In this document: positions 62,518-64,000 of the stretch, one piece after another | How the letters are laid out: every line of letters begins with the position of its first letter | Position numbering within the stretch: position 1 is the first letter of the stretch | From: Phoronis australis | Taxonomy: Eukaryota; Animalia; Phoronida | Length of the DNA: 64,000 nucleotides | NCBI GenBank assembly: GCA_002633005.1 | Contig: NMRA01000098.1 | Span: forward strand, 281,330-345,329 | Direction: 5' to 3' | Program-made: the position numbers and the translations under genes | The notes under the pieces: model-generated | Databases searched by the model: none | Seen by the model: only the letters and a program-made list of their open reading frames with translations | What the model was told of the DNA's origin: nothing

Positions 62518-64000
62518 TGTTGAATAGTGTTTGTAATGCTAAATGTTGTAAAGAATTGTACATTTTAAGTTACTTATTATCTTAAAAGTTTGAATCATTT
62601 TGGGTTAATGAATAAAAATGATAACATTTTGTATTGGACTTGTCATACTTATGTGCTCGAACGAGCCCCCAATTTGGAGAAAAAGATCTGCCTCAGTCAG
62701 AGAAGCACGAATTTCGAAAAAAGTAGAAGATAAGACAAAATTCCACTAGAAGAGAGGAAGTACCAAAATTTAGCGTCTGCAATTCATAGCTCTGAACATA
62801 CCCAGTGAATCTTATAGTAAAAGATAGACATTCCCAAAAATTCCAGCCCCCATTCTTTTAGGCTTGGTGCGCTCATATAAAGTCTTAGTGAGCAAATCTC
62901 TATTGAAAGCCAACAACTTTGCACAGTTCGCCAGAAGTACCCAAGTTCTAAATAAACCTCGTTTGAGCGAGCGCTGTGGCCAGCGACCAGTTAGCCCTAA
63001 GGGTAGCCTAGGCCTGCATGTACTAACAAGCTGTATTTTGACGATAGTCTTCACTGGTAGCTGGTACTGAAGCTAGCTAAGGTCTGCCGCGGCAGTGTGA
63101 CACAGGACTAACCAGCCCGTAAGTTCATGCAAGTGTCTGAAACTATCTTTGAATATATGCGGCGTTTATGATTTGAGTATTTTACTTCGACAAAACAGCT
63201 CGCAATCGCATGCATTTACCGTTCGCCAGTGTCTGGTCTCGATCGGCACCAGGTCCGATACGCTGCGGTCCCGAGTCTAGCAAAATAATTTCTGTCAAAA
63301 TTTATTCGCCACATTTCTTCAGCAAATTCGATAAAGTTGTCTGTATTTTGATTAAGGCGCGCTGTCGATTATTTTATCCCCGTTTGCAGGCTGGTAACAG
63401 GCACTCGTCCATCCACACTGACGGCGTTTTCTTAGCCTGGGTTCCTGAATGAATTGTACTTCCGGGTTCGCGGCAAGTTCAAAATGGCGGTGGTTCTTCG
63501 GGTGCGAATCGTGAGTGGCGCGTTCATTTAAACTTTTTTCGAGTACGAATTGTGTATTAGTTATGGGGTAGGTACTTCTTGGATCCTTATAACTTCCTCT
63601 AACCATGTAATAAGGGTTAGCAATGCGTGCGACCAGGTCTTTAAGTGTTGAGTGCCACCATAGATTATAGACAACAGATTCGCAACTCCGGCATATTCTT
63701 ACGAGCTGAGTTGACCTCTAATGACCTATCTGCTGCAGTTTCCGGTCAGTTTTAATTTGACGAGAAATACCTGCATCTACTTTACTGTCCAAAACAGCGA
63801 AAAAAACATTAATTTATATTAATTTCGGTATTGAAACGCTTTTCAAAGTCTTTCAATAGTAGAAGTGTTGGTATTGTGAGTACTTTTGGCAATGCTACTG
63901 GTAATTAATTTCAAAATTCAAACTTCGGTTCCGACCCTTTATGTCGTCTGCTTGCCCAATAGCAGCATAGTTATCGGACAGTTTTTGATTTACGGTTCAC

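Overview
AT-rich, repeat-rich animal genomic DNA with assembly gaps, probably from an invertebrate deuterostome (inference only); there are no prokaryotic features. It holds a divergently transcribed replication-dependent histone H2A/H2B pair (1843-3048), each gene with a canonical 3' stem-loop. Two tandem, apparently intact 10-exon SLC22 (organic cation/carnitine transporter family, MFS) genes lie on the minus strand: copy A 7707-24264 (567 aa) and copy B 39204-58538 (at least 562 aa). I reconstructed both by hand from GT-AG sites with consistent phases. Exons 2-10, their introns and the 3' flank are a recent segmental duplication, which also left an H2A 3' fragment at 34846-34993. The two exon 1s, however, are only about half identical in protein and most of intron 1 is non-homologous, so one gene appears chimeric. 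The copies also differ at a conserved transport-site glutamate, in a 37-bp tandem amplification of a splice donor and in several copy-specific insertions. Intergenic and intronic DNA contains decayed Gypsy, LINE and THAP remnants and many MITEs. I found no clear evidence of a wholly new biological system; the strongest leads concern the evolution of this gene duplication.
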